From the human T2T-CHM13v2.0 reference genome, Homo sapiens, in NCBI RefSeq assembly GCF_009914755.1, contig NC_060937.1: 64,000 nucleotides of DNA; one strand, given 5' to 3'. The translations under genes were made by a program, and so were the position numbers. This document shows, piece by piece, positions 63,277 through 64,000 of this stretch. The notes beneath the pieces were generated by a model, which made no database searches, was not told the DNA's origin, and saw nothing but the letters and a program-made list of their open reading frames with translations. The stretch's first letter is position 1. The number at the start of each line of letters is the position of its first letter.

Positions 63277-64000
63277 TGATTCAGGAATTAAGAAGAAATC
63301 ACTTAGGCAGATAGTAATGGTATGGGAGTAACCACACACCATTTCATATTTGACAATGCTTCCTGTGTAATTTTTATACCAAATAAGCCAAATTATGTCA
63401 TTTTTGGACTTTAGGGAAACCAATATCTTAAAGGATTAATTAGATCAAAAAAAGACTTAATTTATAATTTGATTTTAGAAAGTTTGTCAAATATCGAAGG
63501 TTTAAAAACATTTGATATCACAGATCATTGTAAGTCATTCTCGGGAGGCTGAGGAAGGAGAATTACTTGAACCTGGGAGGTGAAGATTGCAGCAAGCTGA
63601 GATCACGTCACTGCACTCTAGCCTGGGTGACAGAGCAAGACTCTGTCTCAAAAAAAAATGAAAGAAAAGAAAAAGAAAACATTTCCTTTAGACCTTTAAG
63701 AAAACATTTTAGCATCAGGCTACAACAAACAGAACTCAAGGGGAAACAAAACTTATATGAGCTGAAAATGAATTGAAGAAGAGTGTTCCTATTTCACGTC
63801 CTTTAAAAGGGGAGAGAAAACCAAAAACAAGATGCAATAAAAGTTGAACTTTCTGTTAAGAAAACTATAATCTCCTGTAATTTATTGAGTAAATCAATCC
63901 CTTAAGAAAATTAATATTATTGTTCTAATTATTTAGTGTATAAGTGTTTTCTTTTTTTACATCAAGCCCAATCCCTGGAGAGACCATTATAATTTCTCAT
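63277..64000. mobile_element. ERV1 MER4-group LTR stub plus internal sequence, with an Alu right-arm fragment 63540-63680; runs off the window
   Basis: AGGAATTAAGAAGAAATCACTTAGGCAGATAGT LTR-start motif then AT-rich MER4-int-like sequence (from recall). Confidence 0.5.

Overview
Primate (almost certainly human) nuclear DNA, mostly made of Alu, L1, L2, MIR, LTR and DNA-transposon relics. It contains one complete gene on the minus strand: MTRF1, mitochondrial translation release factor 1 (human 13q14, from recall). I reconstructed nine coding exons with GT-AG boundaries: 56020-55606, 49713-49622, 48123-48042, 47845-47738, 35526-35354, 29096-28979, 21662-21526, 18448-18350 and 12371-12258. They total 1338 nt, or 445 aa plus TAA, and include the GGQ motif and the mtRF1-specific GRTTGG and PEVGLS motifs. 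A probable non-coding exon 1 and a CpG-rich promoter lie at about 58.5-59.0 kb. Downstream of the gene is a near full-length dead L1MA-type element (about 1.9-10.1 kb), and intron 5 holds an ERVL gag/pro/pol relic. I found no CRISPR array, tRNA/rRNA gene or new multi-gene system. The best leads are regulatory or structural: (i) a 3-codon uORF whose stop overlaps the MTRF1 start; (ii) an exon 1 boundary that reads as both donor and acceptor; (iii) an exon-phase layout in which back-splicing to exon 2 gives stop-less circular ORFs, with inverted Alus in the right places; (iv) a perfect 17-bp inverted pair of ZNF143/THAP11-type motifs beside a (GGGA)6 G4; (v) a chimeric old/young Alu suggesting a recent deletion; (vi) inverted templated insertions inside the L1. 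Repeat subfamily names are from memory of consensus sequences and repeat edges are approximate.
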